Assembly: GCF_001194135.2 (NCBI RefSeq)
Contig: NC_068996.1
Span: forward strand, 2,442,522-2,506,521
Length of the DNA: 64,000 nucleotides
Direction of reading: 5' to 3'
Origin: Octopus bimaculoides
Taxonomy: Eukaryota
The notes beneath the pieces are model-generated. The model saw nothing but the letters and a program-made list of their open reading frames with translations. It had not been told where the DNA came from and ran no database searches. The position numbers and the translations under genes are program-made. This document shows positions 13,031 through 24,904 of this stretch, piece after piece (the stretch's first letter is position 1; each line of letters opens with the position of its first letter).

Positions 13031-13574
13031 GTAAGTTGTAATCATAATCTGGAATATATTATCAAACCCTTTACACAGTTTGTTTGTGACCTTCCCTAAC
13101 TTCTTCACTCTGCTACACATTTTAATTTACACACGCACACACACACACACACACATATTAATTATATATATTTATATATATATANNNNNNNNNNNNNNNN
13201 NNNNNNNNNNNNNNNNNNNNNNNNNNNNNNNNNNNNNNNNNNNNNNNNNNNNNNATATATATATTGTGTGTGTGTGTGTGTAGGGTTAAAATCCAAGCTG
13301 TGTTCCCTTGAAGCACATCTGCTTATTCCAGTTTTCCAAATCAGTATGTAGATGTTATATCTGTGTGAGGCATGCATAAGAACTGACAATTTTGGAAAAT
13401 ATTTTTTGCAGTGTAATTCTATATTAAAACAGGAGACTGGAAGCATTTTTTGCATTACTTATTTACCATTACACTTGTTTCAAGAGTTACAAAATTGTAA
13501 GAGAAACATGCAAGATATCTCCTATTAGAAATTCTTCAGACAGAAAATCATATGTGTGTGTGTGTGTGTGTGTA

Positions 13575-13880
13575 GGTATGTTTACTGGCACTCCATCAGG
13601 TACGAAGATAAAGGATACAGTTAATCTGATCAACAGAAGTGTTTGCTTGTGAAATTAGCATGCAAGTGGCTGAGCTCTCCATAGACCTGCCCACCCTTAA
13701 CATAGTTCTCAGGGTGATTCAATGTGACACAGAGTGCAACAAGGCTGGCTTGTTTTTGCTAGCTGAGTGAACTGGAGCAGTGAGAAATAAAGTGTCTTGC
13801 TGAAGGGCACAACATACTGCTGGGAATCAAACTCACAATGATCGTGTGTCAGATGCCCTCACCACTAAGCCATGCACCTT
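13575..13880 (-). mobile_element. SINE (family containing 'ccttaac.tagttctc')
   Basis: Related copies at about 47200-47520 and 57745-58080 (opposite strand), and an interrupted copy at about 44730-44970. Confidence 0.65.
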
Positions 13881-16682
13881 CACACACATGCATGCACACA
13901 CATGTATTAATGTACTATCCCTACTCATACAAACCTAATCTCTGTGAAACAGTTATTTTATTTTGCATATTTTTATATTCACTGATTTTGCTTTCTTAGA
14001 AGTTGGTTGGTTCCCCAGAATCGTTGAAGCAAAAAAGCTCAGAGGCCCTCCATAATATCAGTTGTTAAAAATTAAATATAATGTGACATAGGTGTCTGTT
14101 TTCAACTAAGCTGTATAAAGCAAGTAAAGTTGTTTGCTTTTAGTTGGGAGCACAGTTAACCACTGGCATTTGTACAGATTAGTTTTTTCAGATGTAATGC
14201 CTTTGCTACTAGAATTAATAATATGTTGTTTGAAATCAGTTGTCAACATTAATGGCCAAGTGATATAAAATTAGAAACATCAAATATTTACTGCCTCTTG
14301 TTAAATCTCAAGAGATAAATTACTAAAGTGTCTAGATTAGAAGAGAATTTGGTTTATTTTATCATATTATTAGCTCAGACATGTCACCAAAGGTAGTGCC
14401 TTTAGATTTGCTTCTACCAAATTCCTGCCAATAACATTTACTTTATGTAGTTGAGTCTTATTAAGATAATAGTGATTTAAAAAAAAATTCTGTAAAATAC
14501 AGTGCAAATGAGAAGAGTCTACCTTCTCAACTGGTTCTGTATTTGGTTTACTTGGTTTCTTCGTATTCATTATTATATTAACAATGTTTTCTGAAAGTAA
14601 TATTTTTCATTATAGACTGCCTTTGTGAATAGATGTAATAGTTCAATTTTGTCTACTGTTTCTATTTATTAATTTTACGAGTGTTTCCTGAAGTATTATA
14701 TTAGTTAATGAAAATATATTTTTAAACTTATCCTAAGAAAAAAAAAAAAATGAGGGAAAGGAAGGAAGGAAGGAAGAAAGAAAACTTTAGTCTTTGTAAT
14801 CAAACAGTAATGTATAGTTTCCGAATATCTTACCCATTTTTAAAACCTACCTTGAGACAGTGGCCCAGCTATTTTGCTTCCTCACATAACAACACCTGGT
14901 AAGGTGCATGTAACCTTGATTTTCTCTTACATTCTAAAAGAACTTGTTGAATCCTGTCTTTAACACAAGAACTAACATACTGAGATTAACAATTATGTTG
15001 ACTTACTAAAATTATTAAACATCTAAGTAAAATTTTGTTTTTAATATGTAGCTAGTCATTATTATAAAAGTAATTCAATTAGATATTTCATTTATTTTTG
15101 TTTCCATTGCCTCAGCTTTTATTTATGAGAAAACACATTGGTTTTTTATTCAGGAACTAAACTTAATGTGTATGATAGATTAAAACAACAACACTATTAT
15201 TATTGGTACTCGTTTTATTGATTCTCACCTCCCACATGTACACAACATAGGATGGAATCAGTTATTGTGGGAATTTTTATTTATTTATTTGTTTCAATTC
15301 ACATTTTATTAAAAATAACATCAATTGTCAGAGATTTTCAATGAGCTAATCACTATTTTATTGCATTTAGAAGGCAACAGTGACATGGGAGTTTCTGTGA
15401 AACTTGGGCCAATTTTTTTTTTTTAAACCATCAGTTGGTCACTTTTCTTGCTAACGTTTTAATCTTCGGCTAATATACATTCAATGAAAGATATATATAT
15501 ATATATATCACACATACATACATACATACATACATACATACTTACATACAAGCATTTAAGTGGTATTTAAGTGGTATGAGCATTTCATGCTTACATTTAT
15601 ACATGATAGACTTCAGTTCCTCCTACCAAATTCACTCACAGGGGTTAGGTTGACCTGAGGCTTATAGGAGGCACTTGCCCAGTGTGTTGCATAGTAGGAC
15701 TGTACCTGAAGCCACATGGCTGGGAAGCAAACTCCTTACCCACATAGCTCTGCCATACAAATAGTGCTGTGCATGTACATGTGCATACACACACACACAC
15801 ACACACACATGCAGTGTGTGTGTGTGTGTGTGTGTATATAAAATTTCCACTGACCAAATTTTGCATACAAAGTATTGGTTAACCTGAGACTGTAGCAGAG
15901 AACACTTGCATCAGGTACAAAAGAAAAAATAAAAGTAAACATGATATTCAACACAGAATGATGTGGTGGTGAAATAAACTTCTAAACTACATAACCATGC
16001 CTGTTATGGATTGGAACTTTGATGAATGAAATTGAATCTTCTAATGTACCATGTCGTTCTCTTCTGTCTCGAGCAATTCTATTGGCTCTATTTCTTCTGA
16101 ATAGTAATAATAGACTGAAATGATTTTAATGTCATGTTGTCTATTGAAATGTATAAAAGTAATTAAAAATTGAGTGGTAGTTAAGGTGCTGAAAGATATG
16201 AATAATATTATTAAAATATAATTTAAAAAAGTAAGTAAAGAATTATATTCCGTCAATGTCACATGTTTGGTCTTTTGTCATCAACTAGCTGACTGCTTTT
16301 CTTTCATTTNNNNNNNNNNNNNNNNNNNNNNNNNNNNNNNNNNNNNNNNNNNNNNNNNNNNNNNNNNNNNNNNNNNNNNNNNNNNNNNNNNNNNNNNNNN
16401 NNNNNNNNNNNNNNNNNNNNNNNNNNNNNNNNNNNNNNNNNNNNNNNNNNNNNNNNNNNNNNNNNNNNNNNNNNNNNNNNNNNNNNNNNNNNNNNNNNNN
16501 NNNNNNNNNNNNNNNNNNNNNNNNNNNNNNNNNNNNNNNNNNNNNNNNNNNNNNNNNNNNNNNNNNNNNNNNNNNNNNNNNNNNNNNNNNNNNNNNNNNN
16601 NNNNNNNGTGTGTGTGTGTGTGTGTGTGTTGCCACTGTGGAGTTTCACCTATGTAGTTACAGGGCCATCAGGCATGTTATGA

Positions 16683-16731
16683 CTTGCCTGATGATCCTGG
16701 AAGTACACTGGTGAAATTCCAGAGTAGCAAG
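16683..16731 (+). ncRNA. Type I hammerhead-ribozyme-like motif with a degenerate stem II
   Basis: CTTGC-CTGATGA-(18 nt)-GAAA-TT-CCAG-A-GTA-GCAAG. Stem I is CTTGC/GCAAG, the core boxes are intact, stem III is short and the cleavage triplet is GUA. Activity not shown. Confidence 0.5.
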
Positions 16732-16766
16732 AGATTAACTCAACCAATGTATGTATGTGTGTGTCT

Positions 16767-16963
16767 GAAGGTGCTGAAAAGTTTATAGCTTTGGGTAAAA
16801 GAAAATAGAGGAGGATCAGTCAATTATGATTTTTTTAAACGGATTCACACACTTATTGCAGTGATCCTTCAGTTTTTCTAAGCCCTGTAAAAGAATTCAG
16901 AACACTGAGCCTCCAACCAGGCCTTTCGTGATACCATTAAAGCCAGGAACTTTTCAGCACCTC
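16767..16963. mobile_element. Mariner-type MITE
   Basis: TIRs of about 25 bp: aaggtgctgaaaagtttatagcttt and aaagccaggaacttttcagcacctc. Confidence 0.7.
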
Positions 16964-16974
16964 TTTGATGATAA

Positions 16975-18935
16975 TAATCACCATTTAACGTCTGTTTTCC
17001 ATGCTGGCATGGTTTGGACAGTTTGACAGGAGCTGGTCAGCTGAAGAGCTGCTCAGGCTCCCTGTCGGTTTTTGCAGGGTCTCTCTGGCTGGATGCCCTT
17101 CCTAATGCCAGCCACTTTACAGAATGTACTGGTTGCTTTTGTTACCAACATGGGTGTGCTTACATAGCACTGGTACACGTGCTTTTTATGTGGCACCAGC
17201 ACTCACAAGCCCATGAGATTAGGAATGTCCAGCTGGAGAGGGAGGCAAGGGACATGTCTGCATACAAAGACTACCAAGCTTTTAGTTAGCTTGATGTGTC
17301 TTCAAGAACAGCAAGCGCCAGGAGTCTCAGACCCCTGCCATCCCTTCTGTGAGGCCTAGTGTCTGAAGATCCTTTCTCACCACTTTGTCCTACATCCTCC
17401 TGGGTCTACCTGTTTCACATGTCCTCTCCACAATTAGAGTTCAGCACTTCTTCATGCAACTGTCTTCATTCAAATGCATTACATGACTGTACCAGCACAA
17501 TCTTCTCTCTTGCACACCACATCTGATACTTTATATACTCAGTTTTTTTCCAAGATCTTTTACAGTCTGTCATATATGCACACTGACATTACCCATCCAG
17601 TGGAACATACTGGCTTCATTTCTTTCAAGCCCTCACATATACTCAGTAATCAGAGCCCAATTTACACTGCCATGTAGCATAGCTGTTTGTATAGAGGCAT
17701 CATACAATCTGCTTTTCACTCTGCAGGAGAGGCTTTTGTTACTAACAGAGGTAGTAGCTCTCTGAATTTTGCCCAGCCCATTCTCACAGCTATGGGCTGG
17801 GCTTTTAGAATAATCTCCACCACTACTAACTTGATCACCTAAGTAACAGAAAGTGTCTACTATTTCTTAGGATACCCCTTGACATTTGAGGGAGTCTATT
17901 TTTTGTACATTCCTGGTGTTTAATGTATCTGCACATCTCCCACATGTAAAGACTACCTCCTCTGTTAGTCTTCCAGTGATACTGCTGCACCTCTTATGTG
18001 TCCAAAACTTGCACTGAGTGCACTGTATAGAGTTTCTCTCAGCATATTTTCTACATATCGAACAGGGCCATCTCCCTGAAGACAAATCTGTGATTTGTCT
18101 GTTTTCCTACTTATCAAGACTTTGGCCCTCCTAAATTAACTCCAAGGCTCTTTGATTCCAGACCTTGCTTCCATACCTGACATTCCTTCTCTACTTCTGG
18201 TAATGATTCAGTACTGAGAACAAGGTCATCAGCATGAAGGAGCTCACAATGGCATCCAGTCTTAAATTCCTCAGTTGTAGCCTGGAAGGTTATGGTAAAT
18301 AAGAGAGGATTAAAAACCAATCCTGGGTAGACATCTACTTGTACACTAAATTCCTTGCTATACTCATTGGTGACTTTCACCTTACTGATAGCATCCCCAC
18401 AAATGGCTTTTACAGCTCCCATCAACCACTTGTCTATCCCTTACTTCAGCATTGCCCACCAAATAAGGGAGTGGGAGTCTCTGTCAAAAGCTTTCTCCAT
18501 GTCAACAAAAGCTGGATACAGAGATTCAGTTTCCATCAACTATTTCACCAGCAGTTGCCTCACCAGGAAGCTAGTATCAATGGTGCTTCTCCTTAGCACA
18601 GACCCAAACTGCATCTCATCTACACTAACTCTCTCCCCGATTAATTGAGCTATGTCCCTTTCTGCAAATTTCATCACCTGTTCCAGCAATTTAATGCCTT
18701 TATAATTATTTCTGTCTAGGACATCACCTTTGCCTTTGTAGCAGTTGACTACAAAGCTGCTTCACCAATCATTGGGTATGACACCCTTGTGGACAACCTG
18801 ACAACTATATGGGTGACTAGGCTATTTCCCACTCCACCACTTCTACTCCCATCTCCATCTGCTGAGATATTTTTTTAGCCCCTCAGCAGCAACTTCTGAT
18901 GGGCTGGAAGCTTTCCCCTGTCTTCCTATGACTTA
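16975..18935 (-). mobile_element. Decayed RTE LINE, RT to 3' tail
   Basis: EEFKTGCHCELLHADDL, GRWPCSICRKY...CTQCKFWTHKRCS, upstream RT motifs, and the terminal module at 16975-17130. Confidence 0.9.
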
Positions 18936-19118
18936 ATTACTTTTTCTACTAAGCTATTGCATTGGCACAGACAGCTGGCTGCCTGCTGGATCTACATTAA
19001 GTAGGCTCTCCTTCTCCCATACATTCTCTACATATAGCAACCTTCCATAGTGGCACTTCCAACCCATCTTCTTTGCAGAATCACTAACTCTCTCTGTCTC
19101 TCTTTCTGTATATATATA

Positions 19119-19161
<43 letters not shown>

Positions 19162-19171
19162 ATATAATATA

Positions 19172-19226
<55 letters not shown>

Positions 19227-20118
19227 TACACATATGTAAACTTTGCACAAAATGAAGTCATATGTTAGGTAAGTGTTTTCACTATAGCTGCTGTTGTACT
19301 AATGTCTTGTGATAGGAATTTCATAGACAAAAACTGAATGGAAGCCCATCATGTATGTGTGTGTGTATGCATGCATGTGTATGTTTGAATAGTGACACTC
19401 AAGTAAAGGGTCAAAATGACAAGTACATGTGAGTGAAGATCTGGTCCATTACTGGAATCATTTTATTAAATGAATGTTGTATATATGCATGTATTTGGCC
19501 ATGTGTCTGCTTAAAGCAATACAGTGTTGGGGCAGAATGCTAACTTAGCCAGCCAGTAAAATAAAGACTGATAACATAAATACTAAAGTTCTTTAGTCAC
19601 TCTAAACAATTAGAAACATTGATAATGATGTCTCAATGTGACTCTAATGCCATGGCCATGCTTAAACATTTATTTCAGAGCACTGTGATCCTAGCCTTGA
19701 TCCCAATTTCATCACCTTCATTCTTTACTATCTGTTTTCTACGTTGGTATGTATTGGTCAGTTTGAGAGGATTCAACAGGTCCAAGAACTGCGTTATATT
19801 CCAATGTCAGCTTTAGCTACAACTGGATGCTTTTCCTACCACCAACCACTCTACAGAGCATACTGAGCATGTCTTTATAAGGAACTTGCATTGTTGAGGT
19901 CAGCATGTAGCTCACAAGATTCAGATCGTCTTTGAGTTGGGTAACAACAGAGAGGGAGTCAGCTTTGCCAGGTGTTGAGAGTATAAGAAGCCGGAACCAG
20001 GTTTCTTGTTGTAGAAAATGGCTTATACAGCTATTTGCATTATATGTGAAGCTACAGGTATGGATACATGTTTCAGATATTCATGTTGAAGCTGTTTCAA
20101 GTTGTATGTATGCACTTG

Positions 20119-20335
20119 TGTTATATCGCTCATTCGGATGGTGTGCATTTGCCAATAACATACCTCTACTCAACTACCAAACTCTCACTTCCGACAACTC
20201 AACTCAATAGAACTCGATGTCTAATCTACCGATGGCTCCAGCTCGCTCTACACGATGCTTCTCGTCTAGCTATCACGTCCACTATTTATACGTATTGGAC
20301 TAGCCTAGTTATCGTCTGGGGACGTCCAAACAACA
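20119..20335 (-). mobile_element. Possible solo LTR
   Basis: 217 bp, TGTT...AACA ends, about 12 CpGs, TATAAATAG on the minus strand; no target-site duplication found. Confidence 0.3.
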
Positions 20336-21044
20336 GTATGTGTATGTATATATATGGTGTTAGGAAGGGCATCCAGCCATAGAAACCATGCCAAATCAGA
20401 CTTTAGTCTGGTGCAGCCTTCCAGCTTACCAGCCCTGGTCAAACCATCCAACCCATGCCAGCATGGACAACAGATGTTAAATGTTGATAATGATGATATA
20501 TTTTACCATTATTATCTGCAGTCAGTCATCACAACTGTGACTGTTCTTGGCATGACTTGTTAAGCTTTCTCCATACTAATTGGTTCTTTGCTAAAGTTTG
20601 CCATTTATTACGATCAATTTCTTTCCACTTCACATTCCTAGATGGGCCATAGGTAACTAAACTGGTAACCCCACCAAACTTGCTTGGTGAAGAGAGTGAT
20701 TCTGGACACCGTGTGGGACTGAAGACAAAACCTGACAAAGTGGAATCACCCAAGGGTTGGTGATAAACAAACCTATCATCCAACCAGCCGCTACAGTATG
20801 GCACTGATACCAGCATATCTTGGTCAGTTCTTACCTGCTGGATAACATTGATGTCGTATCCAAAGAATGATACTAGCCAAAAGCTATTTTCACTACATGA
20901 CTTTTCAAGCATTTCTATGGTAAGTGACAAAGACAAAAGATTCCCATTCCAGCTCAGATGTCACACCTGGGTAAACAAGGTCTGCACTGGTTCACTCGTG
21001 TTCCAGTAGCCAGTGAAGTGTAGGATAGGATGCAGAATAACAAT

Positions 21045-22845
21045 GGATATTGTTGAATGGAATGTTAGAACACTACTTGATCTCAAAGACCTGAGCATCA
21101 AAGGGAATTAGGTACAACATTGACATAGATGCTTTGTGTGAAACATTATTACCTGCATGTGATAGCATGGCAGATCACATCTACACATATTTCTTGAGTG
21201 GGAAGATAGAAGAGGAATGGAGGAAAGCTGGGGTTGGCTTCACAATGAGGAGCCCAAGTGCTGTACAACTAGAGGAAGATCCAACACCAGGATTATGACA
21301 ATGAGACTATCACTCCGCAAAAAAGGGCTATACCACATTTGTCAGTGTCTACTCGCCTACTATGAAGAATAACACTCAGGAAGTGAAAGAAGAATTCTAA
21401 GCTGAGCTGAAAGAGTGTTGTTCAAAATTCCCTACAAAGATAAGATGATAATTGGAGGAGATTTCAGTGCAGGGGTTGGGAGTGATGCAAATTGATGGCC
21501 TGGTGCAACAGGCAAACATGGAGTAGGAAAGTGCAATTCAAATGGTGAACTCGTTGCTACAACTCTGCTCCGAGTTCAACCTAATAATTACAAACACCGT
21601 CTTCAAGCAAAAAGATCAACAAAAGACTACTTGGGTGCTCCAAGTATTGACACTTGTTAGGGTACATAATTAGATGACAATGATGTCCTGGATGCAAGAG
21701 CCATTAGAGGTGCAGACTGCATGATCAGATCAAAGGTCACTTTTACCTTCAGTAAGTGAAGAAGACAAAAAGCCAACTAAAAAATAAGCTAAACATCATG
21801 AAACTCAGAGACCGTGAAGTAAAACAGGAATTGCAGGAACAACTGGATAAGGCTTTGGAAGGATGGGAGGAGTAGGGAAACAGGGCTTGAAGGAAAATGA
21901 AACATCTTGAAAATAACTACATGTGAGACAGGTCAATGTGTCCTTGGCAAACCATTGAAAAAACATCAAGATTGTTTTGAGAACGACATCCAAGTACAGA
22001 CCCTGCTAGAAGAAAGTAACATTGCAAAGGCCAGGCAACTAACTTGTAACCTAAGGTCAAATAGGGAAAAACTGATGGAAGCAAGAAAGAATCTGCAACA
22101 ATATACTAGGAAACTGAAATTTGATTGGTATGAGGCCAAAGCTGAAGAGATACGGTATTGATAAAAATGATATGAAAGTATTTCACTCAGAACTTTGAGA
22201 GGTATATGGGCTCCAGAGAAGAGACAACAAAACTCAAAGCTCTTGATGGCTTTGGACTGTACTGTAGGAAAATTGGAGATTCTTGATAGATTTACTCGTC
22301 ACTTTGACAGCCTATTTCATATCTCAGGTATTGTGGCTTGTGTGGCCCTCGAGAAAGTTACACAGCAGCCAACCATCGAATCCTTAGATGACAAACCTAT
22401 TTACAATGCAATCAAGCAAATGAAAGAAGATAAATTACCTGGCAGATGTGACATATCCACTGAAATCCGGAAGTATGGAGGTTTAAAGCTAACTGAGGAT
22501 CTTTATAACATTGTGCTCCTGATCTGGGAGATGGAAATGGTTCCACAAGACTGGAAAGGTGCCAGCATTGTTCCTATCTTCAAAAAAAAGGTTGTAGAAT
22601 GGAAACTACCGAGGAATATCTCTTCTATCAATAGCAGGAGAAAGATCTTCGCTCATATTCTATTAAACAGACTAAATGAGTATATCTATTGAAATCTCCT
22701 ATTTGAGACTGAGTGTGAATTCCATTGCAGTAGAAGCGCCACGGACATGATGTTCTGCCTTCACTAAATTCAGTGAAAATGTATTGAGCAGAACATGCTT
22801 ATGTATGCAGTGTTCATAGACTTCACAAAGGCTTTTGACACTTTC
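21045..22845 (+). mobile_element. Second RTE-type LINE: APE endonuclease plus N-terminal RT, 3'-truncated
   Basis: WNVRTLL, GGDFSAGVG, GKHGVGKCNSNG, ITNTVFKQKD, then VPQDWKGASIVPIFKK, KIFAHILLNRL and IDFTKAFDT, with many stops. Confidence 0.9.
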
Positions 22846-23109
22846 ATGATGGACTTTAGGTGGTTGAATGCCCTTGAATTTGTGCTTAGATACATTGTAG
22901 TACATTGCAATGCATTATAATAAAGTGCACAGAATAATGTTGGGAAAAAAAGTCCCTAGTTAACAACACTACAATTTATGTAGAATGACACAAAAAAACA
23001 AGTATGATAAATATGGAAGCTTTACTGACAGCAAAATACAATCTTAAATTAAGCACACAGATATATTACATGTTAAAAATTTATGATTGTACATAATCTT
23101 AAATTTGGC

Positions 23110-23735
23110 ATTCTGCTTGCGAAGACCTGTTGAGGCAAGTGAATTTGAAATCTGAAATCGAACCGAATCCGACGACTGGCACCCATGCCAACCTCTCCTT
23201 CATTGAACACTAAACTCTGCTTGTGAAGACCTTTTGGGGCAAGTGAAATCAAAATTGTAATTGAACCATATTCGATGACTGGCACCTGCGCCAGTGGAGC
23301 ACTAACAACACTGTCCGAGCGTGTTCATTGCCAGAGCAGCTGTCTGGCTTCCGTGCTAGTGGCCCGTAAATAGCACCATTTGAGTGTAATCGTTACCAGC
23401 GTTGCCTTCTAGCACTTGTGCTAGTGGCAAGTTAGAAAATCATTCAAGCGAGGTCGTTGCCAGTGCTGCTGGACTGGCTCCCGTGCAGGTGGCACGTAAA
23501 AAAAAACGTTTTGAGCATGGCCGTTGCTAGTACCGTGTGACTGGCCCTTGTGTCGATGACATGTAAAAGCACCCACCACACTCTCAGAGTGGTTGGCGTT
23601 AGGAAGGGCATCCAGCTGTAGAAACTTTGCCAGATCAGATTGGAGCCTGGTGCAGCCTTCTGGCTTGCCAGTCCTCAGTCAAATTGTCCAACCCATGCTA
23701 ACATAGAAAGCGGACATTAAACGATGATGATGAAT
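23110..23735 (+). mobile_element. LINE 3'UTR-type element with tandem subrepeats and (GAT)n tail
   Basis: Ends ...gtccaacccatgctaacatagaaagcggacattaaacgatgatgatg. Confidence 0.8.
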
Positions 23736-24848
23736 TTCATTAGCTATGTGCTGGTGGTACAAAAAGCATTCAAGACATGTTGTACATTGGTTGACATTAG
23801 GAAGGGCATCCAGCCATAGAAACCATTTAAAAGCAAACACTGGAGCATCATACAGTCCTTGGGCCCAATGAATCCTGTCAAACTGTCCAATTCATACCAG
23901 CTTGGAACATGGATGTTGAATGATGGGGATGATTTTCTCAGTTATAAAATTATTCTCAAGAAATTCTTAGTAACTTACAGCTGATTGCCTGGACAATCCA
24001 CCATTACAGCAGTCTATTTGGAAAATGAGAATTTATAAAAGTGTTGAAACATGAGCTTAAAGGATACAAGAATATTGATGCTCCAAAGTGAACATAAAGA
24101 ATTAAGAAGAATATCTGTGTGCTTGTGCGTGTGTGTGTGTGTGTGTGTGTGCGCGCGCACGCGCGCGCATACACAATGAACCAGTGCTGAGTAAATGCCG
24201 TCAATTATAAGTTATATAATTACTTAAGCCCTTGCTATCATTATTATTATTTGAAGCAGACTAAGAGAGAGTGATCTTTAAGTTTCAAGAAAAGACACAG
24301 GTTTTCTGTTGGATGGTTCAGATAGCCTTTAATTCCACAGATTAAAAGTAGTATTAGGTTTCTTTAGATTCAGACAGATTTACATGGAGTTCCTCATATT
24401 TAGAACGGCAGACATAGTGGTCCTTACGATCACAACTAGTTTCTTTTCAGTTCATACAAACATGGGGATAAATGTTTGTTGTATTCAGACAGTGTCTCCA
24501 CTCTGTCCCCTCTAAATCAGATTTGTTCATCTTTTTCTCTCTCTCTATTATTAACATGCTTTAGCAACTCTATTTATTAAAAATGTTGTAAATATAATCC
24601 CTGAAATGGTTATGGATTTTGTTGATTAGTTTTTTTCAGAACATACAGTTCTCCAGAGTTGTATAGAAATCCCATTATACATGCTAATATATATTTATAT
24701 ATTGCAACAGTTTTTCAAATTTCAGTTTGTTAGCGCAGCAGCATTGCTGACTTGTTTACTAGGATGAGTCTCTCTATTCAGTACTTACCTCACCCCTCTA
24801 CAAAAAAAACAAAAACAAAAAAAAAACATAAAAAAGCTCCCCAACAAA

Positions 24849-24904
<56 letters not shown>

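Noticed and set aside
12878-13120. 80-aa minus-strand ORF with coiled-coil-like composition
   Set aside because: Its K/L/F richness follows from base composition. It is antisense to the candidate micro-exon and has no homology support.
14370-14570. Protein-like minus-strand ORF (MNTKKPSKP...) and a TM-like plus-strand stretch nearby
   Set aside because: No recognisable motif or convincing splice sites; consistent with chance in AT-rich DNA.
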